Of a DNA stretch of 64,000 nt, positions 19,532 to 28,753 are shown in pieces. The notes below the pieces were generated by a model, which was not told the origin of the DNA, did no database searches, and saw nothing but the letters and a program-made list of their open reading frames with translations. The stretch lies in the IMG/VR virus record IMGVR_UViG_3300033273_000392, positions 64,001 to 128,000 of that record. One strand, 5' to 3'. The position numbers and the translations under genes are program-made. Every line of letters starts with the position of its first letter. The first letter of the stretch is position 1. This stretch comes from a virus.

Positions 19532-21010
19532 TTAAAGATTGCCCATGCTTACTGGCCATTCTCTTCTAAGCAATGTAACGTCTTGCATTAGTCCATCCTC
19601 ATCATATCTATAGTTAATGTTTGAGATAACATAGTTTCCACTCATAAAGGTATCTAGTGTCATCTTTGGAGTCTCACCGCCTTCATCATTATTAAATTCA
19701 AATGACTGATCTTCGAATCCCATATCACTAGCCTTTTCATTCTTATCTAATTCGGATTTGACTTTAACTTCATCGTAGTGGTAAATTATTACAGGCACTT
19801 TTTGATACTTGTAAATAGAAGGATTAAAACTTTGTAGAGTTACCTTTAAAACCATTTTAGAAGATTCTACTATATTACGCATATTGTGCAACTTACAATA
19901 AACGTGATTCTGGTGAACATTACCTAGACCATCTTCACCAACATCTTGTCTTCCTGAGTATTTATGCTTTAGCTGATTCAAATAACGATCCTCATCTCGG
20001 CGTCCTCTAAGAGGTTCTTCAGAGTCAAGCATGCTATTTGAAGTTAGAGGATCTAATCTAAATTCCTGTAGTTTCGTATCTGTTCCATTATTATCGTAGA
20101 TCTGAACGTCTCTAAAATGACCATGCGCAGCTACTACTGCACTAGAGTTATTTTCTAATGTCCAAGACGATATAAAGTTATTGTTTTGCTTTAGGTCAAA
20201 ATGATTAGTTAAAAGAACCTTTGCTTTTATGTTATCATTTTCAACTGGGCGATCTGAATCTTCTGCTAAACTAAAAGTAGAAGACATAACAGTATCCTCC
20301 ATGTCGTTAAGAGACATATTCTTTGAATTAAATACACGATTAATGTCTACGAAGTTGAGGTAGTAGTATTGGTCTATAAATGATGTTTGAAATGATTCTT
20401 CAGACACGTATGACGATGTTACTATCTCATTTATGAATTTAGCATGAGTTGAATACGCCTGTATTCTTATTTGTGGATCTCCAGCAGCATCTATATTTGT
20501 AGCAAGTCCAAGACCAAGATACTTAGCCTCTTCTTCAAGATGTTCTAGGGAAGTACCTACCTCAAAATGGCGACACTCTTCAGTATCTAGTAGTGGAATC
20601 TTTGCCTTTCCGGTAAATGTATATTCGGTATTATTACTATCATCTTCAATACTGTTAACGCTAGTAATATCAAAGTCCATGTGTATTGACTTAAACGTAG
20701 ATTCATTCTTAGAGTTCAGTAAAAAAGTAATCACATCACCGTCTCTTGGAAAGGAGTCTATTGAAAAGTTATTCCTAGAGTCAATTATACTTATCTTTAA
20801 CTCAGGCACCTGTCCTGAAAGATTTAGTGTAAAAGAATCAACATCCTTTCTAGCAAATGAATATCCGTTTATAGTAACATACGGAGAAGCGATAGCAAAA
20901 GATTTACTTTGTCTATATGCATCATCTTCTTCGCCTACAGACTCTAACTCTATATCAGTAGGCATAATAGCAGGTTCGACGACTGCTAATATGTGTCTAT
21001 CTAAATCCAT
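19532..21010 (-). CDS. Baseplate hub protein (gp27/GPD-like)
   Basis: C-terminal 'SGNYVISNINYRY...QDVTLLRREW' typical of hub proteins; lies between gp53-like and spike genes. Confidence 0.6.
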   Translation of the reverse strand: MDLDRHILAVVEPAIMPTDIELESVGEEDDAYRQSKSFAIASPYVTINGYSFARKDVDSFTLNLSGQVPELKISIIDSRNNFSIDSFPRDGDVITFLLNSKNESTFKSIHMDFDITSVNSIEDDSNNTEYTFTGKAKIPLLDTEECRHFEVGTSLEHLEEEAKYLGLGLATNIDAAGDPQIRIQAYSTHAKFINEIVTSSYVSEESFQTSFIDQYYYLNFVDINRVFNSKNMSLNDMEDTVMSSTFSLAEDSDRPVENDNIKAKVLLTNHFDLKQNNNFISSWTLENNSSAVVAAHGHFRDVQIYDNNGTDTKLQEFRLDPLTSNSMLDSEEPLRGRRDEDRYLNQLKHKYSGRQDVGEDGLGNVHQNHVYCKLHNMRNIVESSKMVLKVTLQSFNPSIYKYQKVPVIIYHYDEVKVKSELDKNEKASDMGFEDQSFEFNNDEGGETPKMTLDTFMSGNYVISNINYRYDEDGLMQDVTLLRREWPVSMGNL

Positions 21011-21013
21011 ACT

Positions 21014-21601
21014 TTACCTTCTAGCGTTTTTTCTAACAACTTTATCAGAAAACTTTTCGGTTTTAGACTGCTTATTTAATATAGCATCTACAACCGGATC
21101 TGCTTGCGCCTTAGCGCCAAAAGAAACTTTACCGCCTCCTTTAAACATAAAGGTTCTTTTACCTACTGGAACAACATTAGGCGGTAGAAGAACATCTTTA
21201 TCATACTTTGCTTTTAATGCCTCAATTCTATTCTGATCTTTCTTACTAAGTCTTTTAGTATCTACGAACTGTTGCTTAACTACGTTTTCTTCAACAGTTT
21301 GTAATCTTTCTAGTCTCTTATAAGGAAATGTGTACACTGGTATCTTTAAAACCTCACCTTCTGCAATAGAAAATGGGTCAGATATGTTATTAAACTTCAA
21401 TATAAGATCAGATCTACTAGCATCCCCATAGTATGTAAGAGCTATTAAATCTATACGACCCCTTTCTAAAGGACTGACTCTATGTTCAGTATACTGGTCT
21501 TCTGTGACTTCTTCAATCTTGTTGATAAAGTACATAGTAGGCTGAACTATAAGTAAGTTTACGCCCTCGATTATCTTATCTTTAATTGTAGCTAAATTCA
21601 T
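21014..21601 (-). CDS. Baseplate wedge gp53-like / LysM-like protein
   Basis: 'RIDLIALTYYGD...LILKFNNISDPFSIAEGEVLKIP' motif. Confidence 0.8.
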   Translation of the reverse strand: MNLATIKDKIIEGVNLLIVQPTMYFINKIEEVTEDQYTEHRVSPLERGRIDLIALTYYGDASRSDLILKFNNISDPFSIAEGEVLKIPVYTFPYKRLERLQTVEENVVKQQFVDTKRLSKKDQNRIEALKAKYDKDVLLPPNVVPVGKRTFMFKGGGKVSFGAKAQADPVVDAILNKQSKTEKFSDKVVRKNARR

Positions 21602-23277
21602 TATCCTTGTGCCATATCAGATATATTTCTTGCGAGGTTCTGAGATAATCTACCTTTGGCTCTACCATATTGATCCACGTTAACAGTACCAACATCGTCA
21701 AATCCTTCTGGTTGTAAGTATATTCTATTCTTACCCGCGTTAAACATGCTTTCAATTTCAGATTTATCTCTAGGTCTACCTGGCTTTAAAGTAATTGTTA
21801 GCTTAAGCTTAGAAGGAAAGTCTTCATATCCTAAAGGACCTTCAAACTCAAACTTTGCATCTTGCATACATAGATTACCTATCACCATAACCGGGTTCAT
21901 AGGGTTTCCAACTGTAAGGTGCCATTGCCCGGTCGGATCTCCTGTTAAGAAAGCCTGAATTACTGCACCGCCCTGAGGGCTTCCAAATAGTTCCATAAGG
22001 CCGCCTCCTATAACTTGATCTAGAACTTTAGAATCACCTAACCCCTTTTTTAGGTCATCGAATAAGTTTGATGCACTTGAAGTAAACTGATCTATGATGC
22101 TACCTAAAAATCCCTTATAATCTCCGCTTTTAAGCTTACTAAAATCACCGAATGGTTTCTTACCAGTTCCGCCATAGTATCTTGCAGCACCTCCCCAGAA
22201 AGGAGCATTATTGTATGTAAGTACAAGTAGGTTTGCTAGCGTATCCATAAATGCTACTCTAGGACTTGTATTACCATATGCTTTAAGATCGTAATGGAAT
22301 GTCAAAGTAAACTCTTGTGTAAACTTTAAACCCCTGTCTCTAACTAAAATCTGATCAATAACATTATAAGGTCCATATACATGATTCGGATACGTAGCAC
22401 TTAGCGGATCATGCCCAGGTCCTAACTGCTTTTTTCTTTCTGTTTGGGCCGCTGTTCTTCCGGCAAGACCCTCTTCAATCGCAGAAAGAAGAGGTGACGA
22501 GCTAATTTTGCCACCTACTTTACCGCGATTATCGCCACTTGGATTCTGTATTTCTTGAACCTTAGACTTTTCTTCCTTCCAGTTAAATCCAACATCAAAC
22601 TTAATAATGTCTGCTAGCGTATTTCCTAAAGTAGGACTTATCCAGGTTACGGCCCTAGCGATATCTGGCTGTTGTGATTCTACCACGTCTCCGTTTTCAG
22701 CAAAATCTTTTGGGCTAAGTATATCATCCTTACATGGATATGGAAACCTTCTTAGGGTAAGCATATAGTTATTAGGAACAGTTCCATAATATTCACACTG
22801 TATAAAGTCTTCTAATCTATAGCTGTATGCAAGAGAGTCATTATCCTGCGACCACTCCACTATTGTCTTAGCTGTTGGATTAATAGAAGGTGAATCGGGT
22901 GTAATAATTGACTTTTCATAGTCAGCTACATTAACCGGGGCCGAATCATCTAGGTTGTTTAAAGCGATAGACTTATACCTTAATAAATTCCAGGTATTAA
23001 ATCTACTTCTAGGAGAGTCTCCGCTTTTTGCAGTGTATTCCTCAGAAGTACCTTCATTAACAACATATGACCTGGTGGGTAAAGTTTCATCATATAGACG
23101 ATCCTTGCGTTGTTCTCCGTTTTGAAACGCAGTATGGCCTTCTATACTAATCTCACCCGGCTCTACCGGATTCCCTAATGCAGTATTTATAATGTCTAAA
23201 CTGCTTTGTAAATCGCCAGTCTCAGTGTCTCTATAAAGATTAACTGCATCCTGTACTCCTTGGAAAGTTAGAGGCAT
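21601..23277 (-). CDS. Tail tube/baseplate junction-like structural protein
   Basis: 558 aa; first gene of the late structural operon, preceded by GATATATA; context. Confidence 0.45.
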   Translation of the reverse strand: MPLTFQGVQDAVNLYRDTETGDLQSSLDIINTALGNPVEPGEISIEGHTAFQNGEQRKDRLYDETLPTRSYVVNEGTSEEYTAKSGDSPRSRFNTWNLLRYKSIALNNLDDSAPVNVADYEKSIITPDSPSINPTAKTIVEWSQDNDSLAYSYRLEDFIQCEYYGTVPNNYMLTLRRFPYPCKDDILSPKDFAENGDVVESQQPDIARAVTWISPTLGNTLADIIKFDVGFNWKEEKSKVQEIQNPSGDNRGKVGGKISSSPLLSAIEEGLAGRTAAQTERKKQLGPGHDPLSATYPNHVYGPYNVIDQILVRDRGLKFTQEFTLTFHYDLKAYGNTSPRVAFMDTLANLLVLTYNNAPFWGGAARYYGGTGKKPFGDFSKLKSGDYKGFLGSIIDQFTSSASNLFDDLKKGLGDSKVLDQVIGGGLMELFGSPQGGAVIQAFLTGDPTGQWHLTVGNPMNPVMVIGNLCMQDAKFEFEGPLGYEDFPSKLKLTITLKPGRPRDKSEIESMFNAGKNRIYLQPEGFDDVGTVNVDQYGRAKGRLSQNLARNISDMAQG

Positions 23278-23298
23278 ACTTAGTTGATTCTTTTTTTG

Positions 23299-23306
23299 TA
23301 TATATC
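23299..23306 (-). promoter_or_regulatory. Late-type promoter motif GATATATA heading the baseplate operon
   Basis: Same octamer recurs intergenically at 12 sites in this window. Confidence 0.6.
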
Positions 23307-23337
23307 TAACTTCTTTTCTGTATAATAAGTTATTATG

Positions 23338-23946
23338 TTAGGAGCTTCCCCATTCTGCTGAATCTAGCTCATCAGTATCAGGTCTATATAGAAGATCTTC
23401 TATCCATCCATCATCCTTTGGATATCTGTCACCTAGGAATCTCTGTAGAGACTTTTCATATATTCCTTTAGTTTGCCAATAAAACTGTCCTTTAGAGTAT
23501 GCGTTCCTATTAGCTAATTCAAATATCTCTCTTAGCTTTATCTGTATAAAGAAGGTCTGCAGATTATTAAACAGTTCAACCTGTTCAGCTCTAGTCTTTG
23601 TGCAAAACACAGAATCAACGACAACTAGATATTTCTTCCATTTCTCCCCATCGAATACTCTTTTAGTTAAGTCATCTACTGCCCTAAATTCTTTTCTTTG
23701 CAGATTAATCCTAGTTTTTTCACCAGTCTTAAATCCACGTTGGAACATACCTCCAAAGAAATATTTCTTTAAAAAGTATATGTTATCGTAGAACTTAACA
23801 ATCTTAAGTTGATACCTAGGATTAATCTCGTCAAACTTGACGTCATAGATTAAAGCTCTTACTGGGAACAATATATTCGGGCGAGCGTCGCAAGATATTA
23901 AAGCATGTACGTATTCACCCTTTGAATACAATTTATGCTTAATCAT
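23338..23946 (-). CDS. Hypothetical protein
   Basis: 202 aa ORF. Confidence 0.6.
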   Translation of the reverse strand: MIKHKLYSKGEYVHALISCDARPNILFPVRALIYDVKFDEINPRYQLKIVKFYDNIYFLKKYFFGGMFQRGFKTGEKTRINLQRKEFRAVDDLTKRVFDGEKWKKYLVVVDSVFCTKTRAEQVELFNNLQTFFIQIKLREIFELANRNAYSKGQFYWQTKGIYEKSLQRFLGDRYPKDDGWIEDLLYRPDTDELDSAEWGSS

Positions 23947-24337
23947 TGTCTATGAATCTTACGTTATCAAACTTGCTTAGGACTCCTTTTTTAGGATAGT
24001 CGCATCTATTGATGATCGTAAGGCCGACCTCATATGACTCGTCAGTCATGCTAGACACAAATTCCTTAAAGTTAGATATAGTCTCTTGGTCTAGGTTTTT
24101 AAGAAGATAAACAAGCCTATGCTCATCGCAACACTGTTCGTTTTCAAATAGTGTTCTAAGCATCTTCTCAATATAAAGAGATATGATTACATCGGATGGC
24201 TCGTTACCATAAGGATCGCTTTTAAGCAATCTTCCGTATATGTCAGAATAAGATATCACCAAGTCGTAATTTTCAGACTTGACGTATCGATCAAACTCAG
24301 AACGAGTCTTACACCATATGCAATCAATCTTCATCAT
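23939..24337 (-). CDS. Hypothetical protein
   Basis: 132 aa ORF overlapping neighbours by a few bases. Confidence 0.6.
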   Translation of the reverse strand: MMKIDCIWCKTRSEFDRYVKSENYDLVISYSDIYGRLLKSDPYGNEPSDVIISLYIEKMLRTLFENEQCCDEHRLVYLLKNLDQETISNFKEFVSSMTDESYEVGLTIINRCDYPKKGVLSKFDNVRFIDND

Positions 24338-24660
24338 TTCTTCTTTAAAAACTTTTCTAGTCTCTGTATTTCTCTTCCAAGTTGAGAGATCTGTTCCTGT
24401 GCCATTTCGGAAGTAGGAGAATATGACTTACCCATAGATCTGCGAATCTCAATCTTTTCGCGATCCATGTCAGTACCTAGATCTATTCCAAGATCTAAGG
24501 CTATATCATTGATGAACTTAATCTTATTAATAGTGGCGGTAGGAGAGTCAAAGTCATAAACAACTCTAGACTCATATTCCTCACCAGCACCATTAACATT
24601 GTCATCATGAAGTATCTTAATTACTCCATTGTCGGCAAGTTCTAGTGTAAGTGTAACCAT
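24334..24660 (-). CDS. Hypothetical protein
   Basis: 108 aa, coupled ORF. Confidence 0.6.
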   Translation of the reverse strand: MVTLTLELADNGVIKILHDDNVNGAGEEYESRVVYDFDSPTATINKIKFINDIALDLGIDLGTDMDREKIEIRRSMGKSYSPTSEMAQEQISQLGREIQRLEKFLKKK

Positions 24661-25076
24661 TAGGCATTTCTTTTTTGCTTGGACTCGTTAGCCTCCTTAA
24701 GCAATTGTCTAATTATCTTCTTATCTTGTTTCCTAGTCTCCTTATTGTTAACGAAGTCAAGCGAGTATGCTTCTTCTAACATTTCAATCTCTTCTTCATT
24801 ATAACCCATAGCAGCCCAGTTAATCTTCATACTTTCAATCTTTTCCTCTAGCTGGATAGCCATGGCTCTTTCCCTTTCATCTAGGTTGGCTTCGTGGATC
24901 TTTCTTCCGTTTTCACGCTGAGCTTCTCTTATATCAGCGCTATCCTTAAAGCTCATGTTTTTCTTAGCTTTAAAGTAACCGCTTTGCTTCATCATTGCCC
25001 GTCTTTGTTTATGATTGGGCATGGTAAACTTAACGTTACTCTCCGGAGTCTGATTTGCTTGATCGTTTTCTGTCAT
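24660..25076 (-). CDS. Hypothetical coiled-coil protein
   Basis: ORF track 24660..25103; ATG at 25076 (MTENDQ) preferred, start uncertain. Confidence 0.55.
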   Translation of the reverse strand: MTENDQANQTPESNVKFTMPNHKQRRAMMKQSGYFKAKKNMSFKDSADIREAQRENGRKIHEANLDERERAMAIQLEEKIESMKINWAAMGYNEEEIEMLEEAYSLDFVNNKETRKQDKKIIRQLLKEANESKQKRNA

Positions 25077-25608
25077 TGTAATAGTTATTAGTGAATGATT
25101 CAATCTGACCTTTTAATTGGTCTCTTAAATTATCTATCTGGCTCTCAATAAGAGCTATAATATAGTTATTTAACTCAGAAGCGTCTACATCCATTTCATC
25201 TATAAGCATGCCGTGCATCGCCTTAGATGGTAGGTTAACGGTAACTGGCATTTTAGCAGTATTCTTTTTGCTAACCTTTTTAAGCATACCCATCATAACG
25301 CTATTGTCGTCCATTTCTGTAGGAGCAGGCGCTTTAGATTCTGACTTAGGTTTAACCTCCTCTACCTTAGGAGATTCGACTTGTGTTTCAACAGGATTAA
25401 AGCTCTTAGATATTCTTTGAGCATCTTCTTCATTTCCCGTCTCCATAAGGAACTCACCGATAAGATCTTTGGCAATACGAGTACCGTCAGTAAAGTAAAG
25501 CCATTTCTTGTCATCCTTATTTACATCTATTTTAACTATATCGCCAGATCGTTCACTCTTGATCCAGACATATAACTTTTCTTCCATATTTTCCTTTGTT
25601 TCTACCAT
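25036..25608 (-). CDS. Hypothetical protein
   Basis: ORF track 25036..25650; ATG at 25608 (MVETKE) avoids overlap with the upstream gene. Confidence 0.6.
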   Translation of the reverse strand: MVETKENMEEKLYVWIKSERSGDIVKIDVNKDDKKWLYFTDGTRIAKDLIGEFLMETGNEEDAQRISKSFNPVETQVESPKVEEVKPKSESKAPAPTEMDDNSVMMGMLKKVSKKNTAKMPVTVNLPSKAMHGMLIDEMDVDASELNNYIIALIESQIDNLRDQLKGQIESFTNNYYNDRKRSSKSDSGE

Positions 25609-25621
25609 TCCAAAAATTCGT

Positions 25622-25825
25622 TTAATTAGTAGCTTCAGTAGTAATATCATCGCCCTCGTGTATTAAGAACTGTTTGATAAAATTTAAGGACTCTTCAGAA
25701 CCCATGACCGCATCGGCTTTTACGTATCGCCTAGACCAATCTTTGTAGAATCTTTGATTTCCCTTTTCTAAAAGCTCTTCTTGTAGAGTCTTAATATCAG
25801 GTATGTAAAGTTTAGTAAACCCCAT
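25622..25825 (-). CDS. Hypothetical protein
   Basis: 67 aa, coupled to the helicase stop. Confidence 0.55.
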   Translation of the reverse strand: MGFTKLYIPDIKTLQEELLEKGNQRFYKDWSRRYVKADAVMGSEESLNFIKQFLIHEGDDITTEATN

Positions 25826-27558
25826 TATTTTATAATTTTAACACGTTCTGTAAAGCTGTCAGGGAAAAAGCCCTTTTTATTTATCAGGCTATTAAAGCAA
25901 GCATCTAGGATATATGTAACCGCCCAGTCATCCTCATTTCGGACGCTACGGCCAACTCCTTGCATAATAGATACGCCGGTCTTCCAGTCATACCAATCTA
26001 CATACTTGCCCATCTTAGCCTTAACAAGCGGATCACCTAATGATGGATATGGAACCTTAAAGAATATCTGGAATCGACTATTATCGTCTTTTAAATCTAA
26101 TCCTTCAATAAGAGATGGACCCATCAGTATTGACCCTTCTTTATACTTAAAGATATCTAATTGTTCTGCCTTTTCTTTAGATCCGCTATAGTCCATAATC
26201 CTCCATCCATGTTGGCTATGCTGCTTAATGTATTCTGTAAAGGCATAACTCCCTGTATGAATAATGCCACGTTGCCCTTTATGCTTATCAAGAATCTTAT
26301 CAAGGACCTCTACCACCTTAGGTAAGTTACGCTCACGTTCCCTGTAAGAAAGCTTGTGTCGGTTCACAAAGATAACAGGAGACTTATCATAGTTGAATTG
26401 ATTACCTAGGCGAATCACCTTAGCAGACTGGATTCCCATGTGCTTAGCAAAACTTCTAATATCACCTAAGGTAGCCGACATAAAAATCTTGAAGCCAGCC
26501 TTCTCAAGAAGAAATTGCTTGACCATATTAGATTCTTCGACACACATAAACTTAGTCTCTTTATCATCGCGATCAATAACCATAGAGTCAACGCCATGTT
26601 CTTTGATGATATCATGGTAGTCATCAAACTTACACCATATATCTTTCATCTTATCCATGATAACAAAGAATGTGGCCCAATCCTTAGGAACCGCAGAATC
26701 ACCAGGGAAAGCCTTCTTACAACGAACACGCCCGGCTTGATGAACCTTACGGTAAACCGTGGCTAACCATCTCATATCAGCAATGGCCTTCATAAGTTCA
26801 TTAGGATCCTCTTCATGCATAAGGTCATAGATAATAGTCTTGATTCGACTTTCACTAACCGTGCTTTGACCCAATCCATTTCTCATAGAGAACTTATTAG
26901 CTGATCTAAACAGATTTATCATGTCCTCATCAACCCTAGGAGCAAAATGATTTTGCACGATACTATCGATCTTATGTGCCTCATCAAAGAATACAAAGTC
27001 GCGCTTCTTAAATGGAACCTCTTTATTGTCTTGCAGCAACTTATCTTCTACATAGTTACGTTGAATAAGCCAATAGTTATAGTTCAATAGGCTTACTGGC
27101 TGTTCTATAGCCCTCTTTCTGCTCTGAAGATATCCACAATGCTTGAAACATTTTAGCTGCTTCTCAGCCGCCTCGTATCCCATTCCCTTAAACTTGCATA
27201 CACCTAGGCTAAAGGTGTTTCCATTAACATGGCATTCATAGTTGTCGACTCCACGAACAGAAGGCCATTTGAGCTTCAACCTTGAAAAATCATTTTCATA
27301 TTGGTCCTGCAACATAAGATCAGAAGTCACAAGGTATCCCTGGTTTCCCATCTCTTTAAAGATGTATGAACACCACATAGCGATAATAGACTTACCTGTT
27401 CCAGTAGGTGCGTCTAAAATAACTGTAGATTCGGGATCCTCTAGATAAGCTTCACAGATCTGTACGATCGTCTCTCGTTGATTTAGCCTAAATGTAAAGT
27501 TAGGGCCGAATACACCTGCCTTAAGGGCAGAATCTATAATCTTATTTATATTGTTCAT
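25825..27558 (-). CDS. dinG: DinG/XPD-family SF2 helicase
   Basis: Walker A 'DAPTGTGKS', 'DEAH', 'MSATL', 'EGLDL', 'KVPYP', 'QGVGRSVRNEDD'; four Cys compatible with an Fe-S cluster. Confidence 0.9.
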   Translation of the reverse strand: MNNINKIIDSALKAGVFGPNFTFRLNQRETIVQICEAYLEDPESTVILDAPTGTGKSIIAMWCSYIFKEMGNQGYLVTSDLMLQDQYENDFSRLKLKWPSVRGVDNYECHVNGNTFSLGVCKFKGMGYEAAEKQLKCFKHCGYLQSRKRAIEQPVSLLNYNYWLIQRNYVEDKLLQDNKEVPFKKRDFVFFDEAHKIDSIVQNHFAPRVDEDMINLFRSANKFSMRNGLGQSTVSESRIKTIIYDLMHEEDPNELMKAIADMRWLATVYRKVHQAGRVRCKKAFPGDSAVPKDWATFFVIMDKMKDIWCKFDDYHDIIKEHGVDSMVIDRDDKETKFMCVEESNMVKQFLLEKAGFKIFMSATLGDIRSFAKHMGIQSAKVIRLGNQFNYDKSPVIFVNRHKLSYRERERNLPKVVEVLDKILDKHKGQRGIIHTGSYAFTEYIKQHSQHGWRIMDYSGSKEKAEQLDIFKYKEGSILMGPSLIEGLDLKDDNSRFQIFFKVPYPSLGDPLVKAKMGKYVDWYDWKTGVSIMQGVGRSVRNEDDWAVTYILDACFNSLINKKGFFPDSFTERVKIIK

Positions 27559-27977
27559 TGGTCATTCCAACAGATAACCTCTTCAACGCTGATTCCAGCT
27601 TCTTTTAATAGCTCAACTCCGGACATATCTCTATATGATTCAGAGTAGTAAACTTCTTCGATGCCCGCTTGAATAATAAGCTTAGCGCAATCAAAACATG
27701 GCGCAGTTGTAGTATAAAGCGTAGCTCCGTTAGATGACATGGTTGACTTAGCAATCTTAGTAATCGCATTAGATTCAGCATGCAAAACCGAAGGAAGAGT
27801 ACAGTCATTCTCTTCACAGCAATTATCAAATCCCTTTGGAGTTCCATTATATCCAAATGAAACGATTTGCTCATCCTTAATGATGATACATCCAACCTTT
27901 CTACGTTCAGCATAACTCAACTTTGCAGTCTGATATGCTATCTGCATGTAGATCTTATCAATTGGTATTCTTGGCAT
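27555..27977 (-). CDS. dCMP deaminase
   Basis: 'GYNGTP', 'HAESNAI', 'PCFDCAKLIIQAGI' zinc-deaminase motifs. Confidence 0.93.
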   Translation of the reverse strand: MPRIPIDKIYMQIAYQTAKLSYAERRKVGCIIIKDEQIVSFGYNGTPKGFDNCCEENDCTLPSVLHAESNAITKIAKSTMSSNGATLYTTTAPCFDCAKLIIQAGIEEVYYSESYRDMSGVELLKEAGISVEEVICWNDQ

Positions 27978-27980
27978 AAT

Positions 27981-28010
27981 AAAAAAGGTCTACATTTTAT
28001 ATGCAGACCT
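27981..28010 (-). terminator. Probable intrinsic terminator
   Basis: AGGTCTACAT / ATGCAGACCT imperfect stem followed by a T-run on the minus strand. Confidence 0.6.
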
Positions 28011-28031
28011 TCCTTAAAGTTTACTTATCTA

Positions 28032-28718
28032 TTATTCCCCGCTCCAAGCTTCTTTCATTTCTTCAATCTTCTTTGCGTAAGCATCTTTCATCTCATTGCA
28101 ATTAGCCTCAAAGGTTTCGGCAGTCATATCACCCTCCTTAACCTGCTTCCACGCCTCTTGCATTGCATCCGCTGCTAGATTAGCAGCAAGCGCAGCGTTT
28201 TCTTTCATGTAGCCTTCTAAAGTGTGGTCTGGGTAATCATCTTGCTCATAAGCAACTGCCTCTGCGACACACTTATCGTATGCTTCTTTCATCATTTCAG
28301 AAACTACGATCTCTTCTGATTCTTCTGCAGGCTCTTCAGCGTCTACGTCAGTAGGCTCCTCAGCTGGTTCTTCTTCTGCAGGTTCCTCAGCTGGTTCTTC
28401 TTCTGCAGGTTCTTCAGCTGGCTCCTCTTCTGCAGGTTCCTCAGCTGGCTCCTCTTCAGCTTCTTCAGCTTCAGCTTCTTCTTCAGATTCTTCCTCCCCT
28501 GCTTCTTCAGCGTCTTCCTCTTCGGCTTCTTCTTCAGCCTCTTCCTCCGCAGCATCACCCTCTTCTTCAGACTCCTCTTCAGCTTCCTCAGGAGCGTCTA
28601 CCTCCTCTTCTTCAATTTCTTCAGCGCCAGCTTCCTCGTCTTCTAGGTCCTCTTCGCTTACTTTAGGCATGTTCTTATTAGAGAAATACTCTTCAAAGGT
28701 TAATATCTTTCTGCTCAT
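28032..28718 (-). CDS. Highly acidic low-complexity protein (prohead core/scaffold-like or internal head protein)
   Basis: Glu/Ala/Pro-rich; N-terminus MSRKILTFEEYF resembles the shared leader; GATATATA upstream. Confidence 0.55.
   Translation of the reverse strand: MSRKILTFEEYFSNKNMPKVSEEDLEDEEAGAEEIEEEEVDAPEEAEEESEEEGDAAEEEAEEEAEEEDAEEAGEEESEEEAEAEEAEEEPAEEPAEEEPAEEPAEEEPAEEPAEEEPAEEPTDVDAEEPAEESEEIVVSEMMKEAYDKCVAEAVAYEQDDYPDHTLEGYMKENAALAANLAADAMQEAWKQVKEGDMTAETFEANCNEMKDAYAKKIEEMKEAWSGE
28354..28457. repeat. 27-bp tandem repeat, about 3.8 copies, encoding AEEEPAEEP
   Basis: Unit GGTTCCTCAGCTGGTTCTTCTTCTGCA read directly, with wobble-position variation. Confidence 0.85.
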
Positions 28719-28753
28719 TTTTAAGTTATTTTGTTTTTTTATATATCAGTCTA

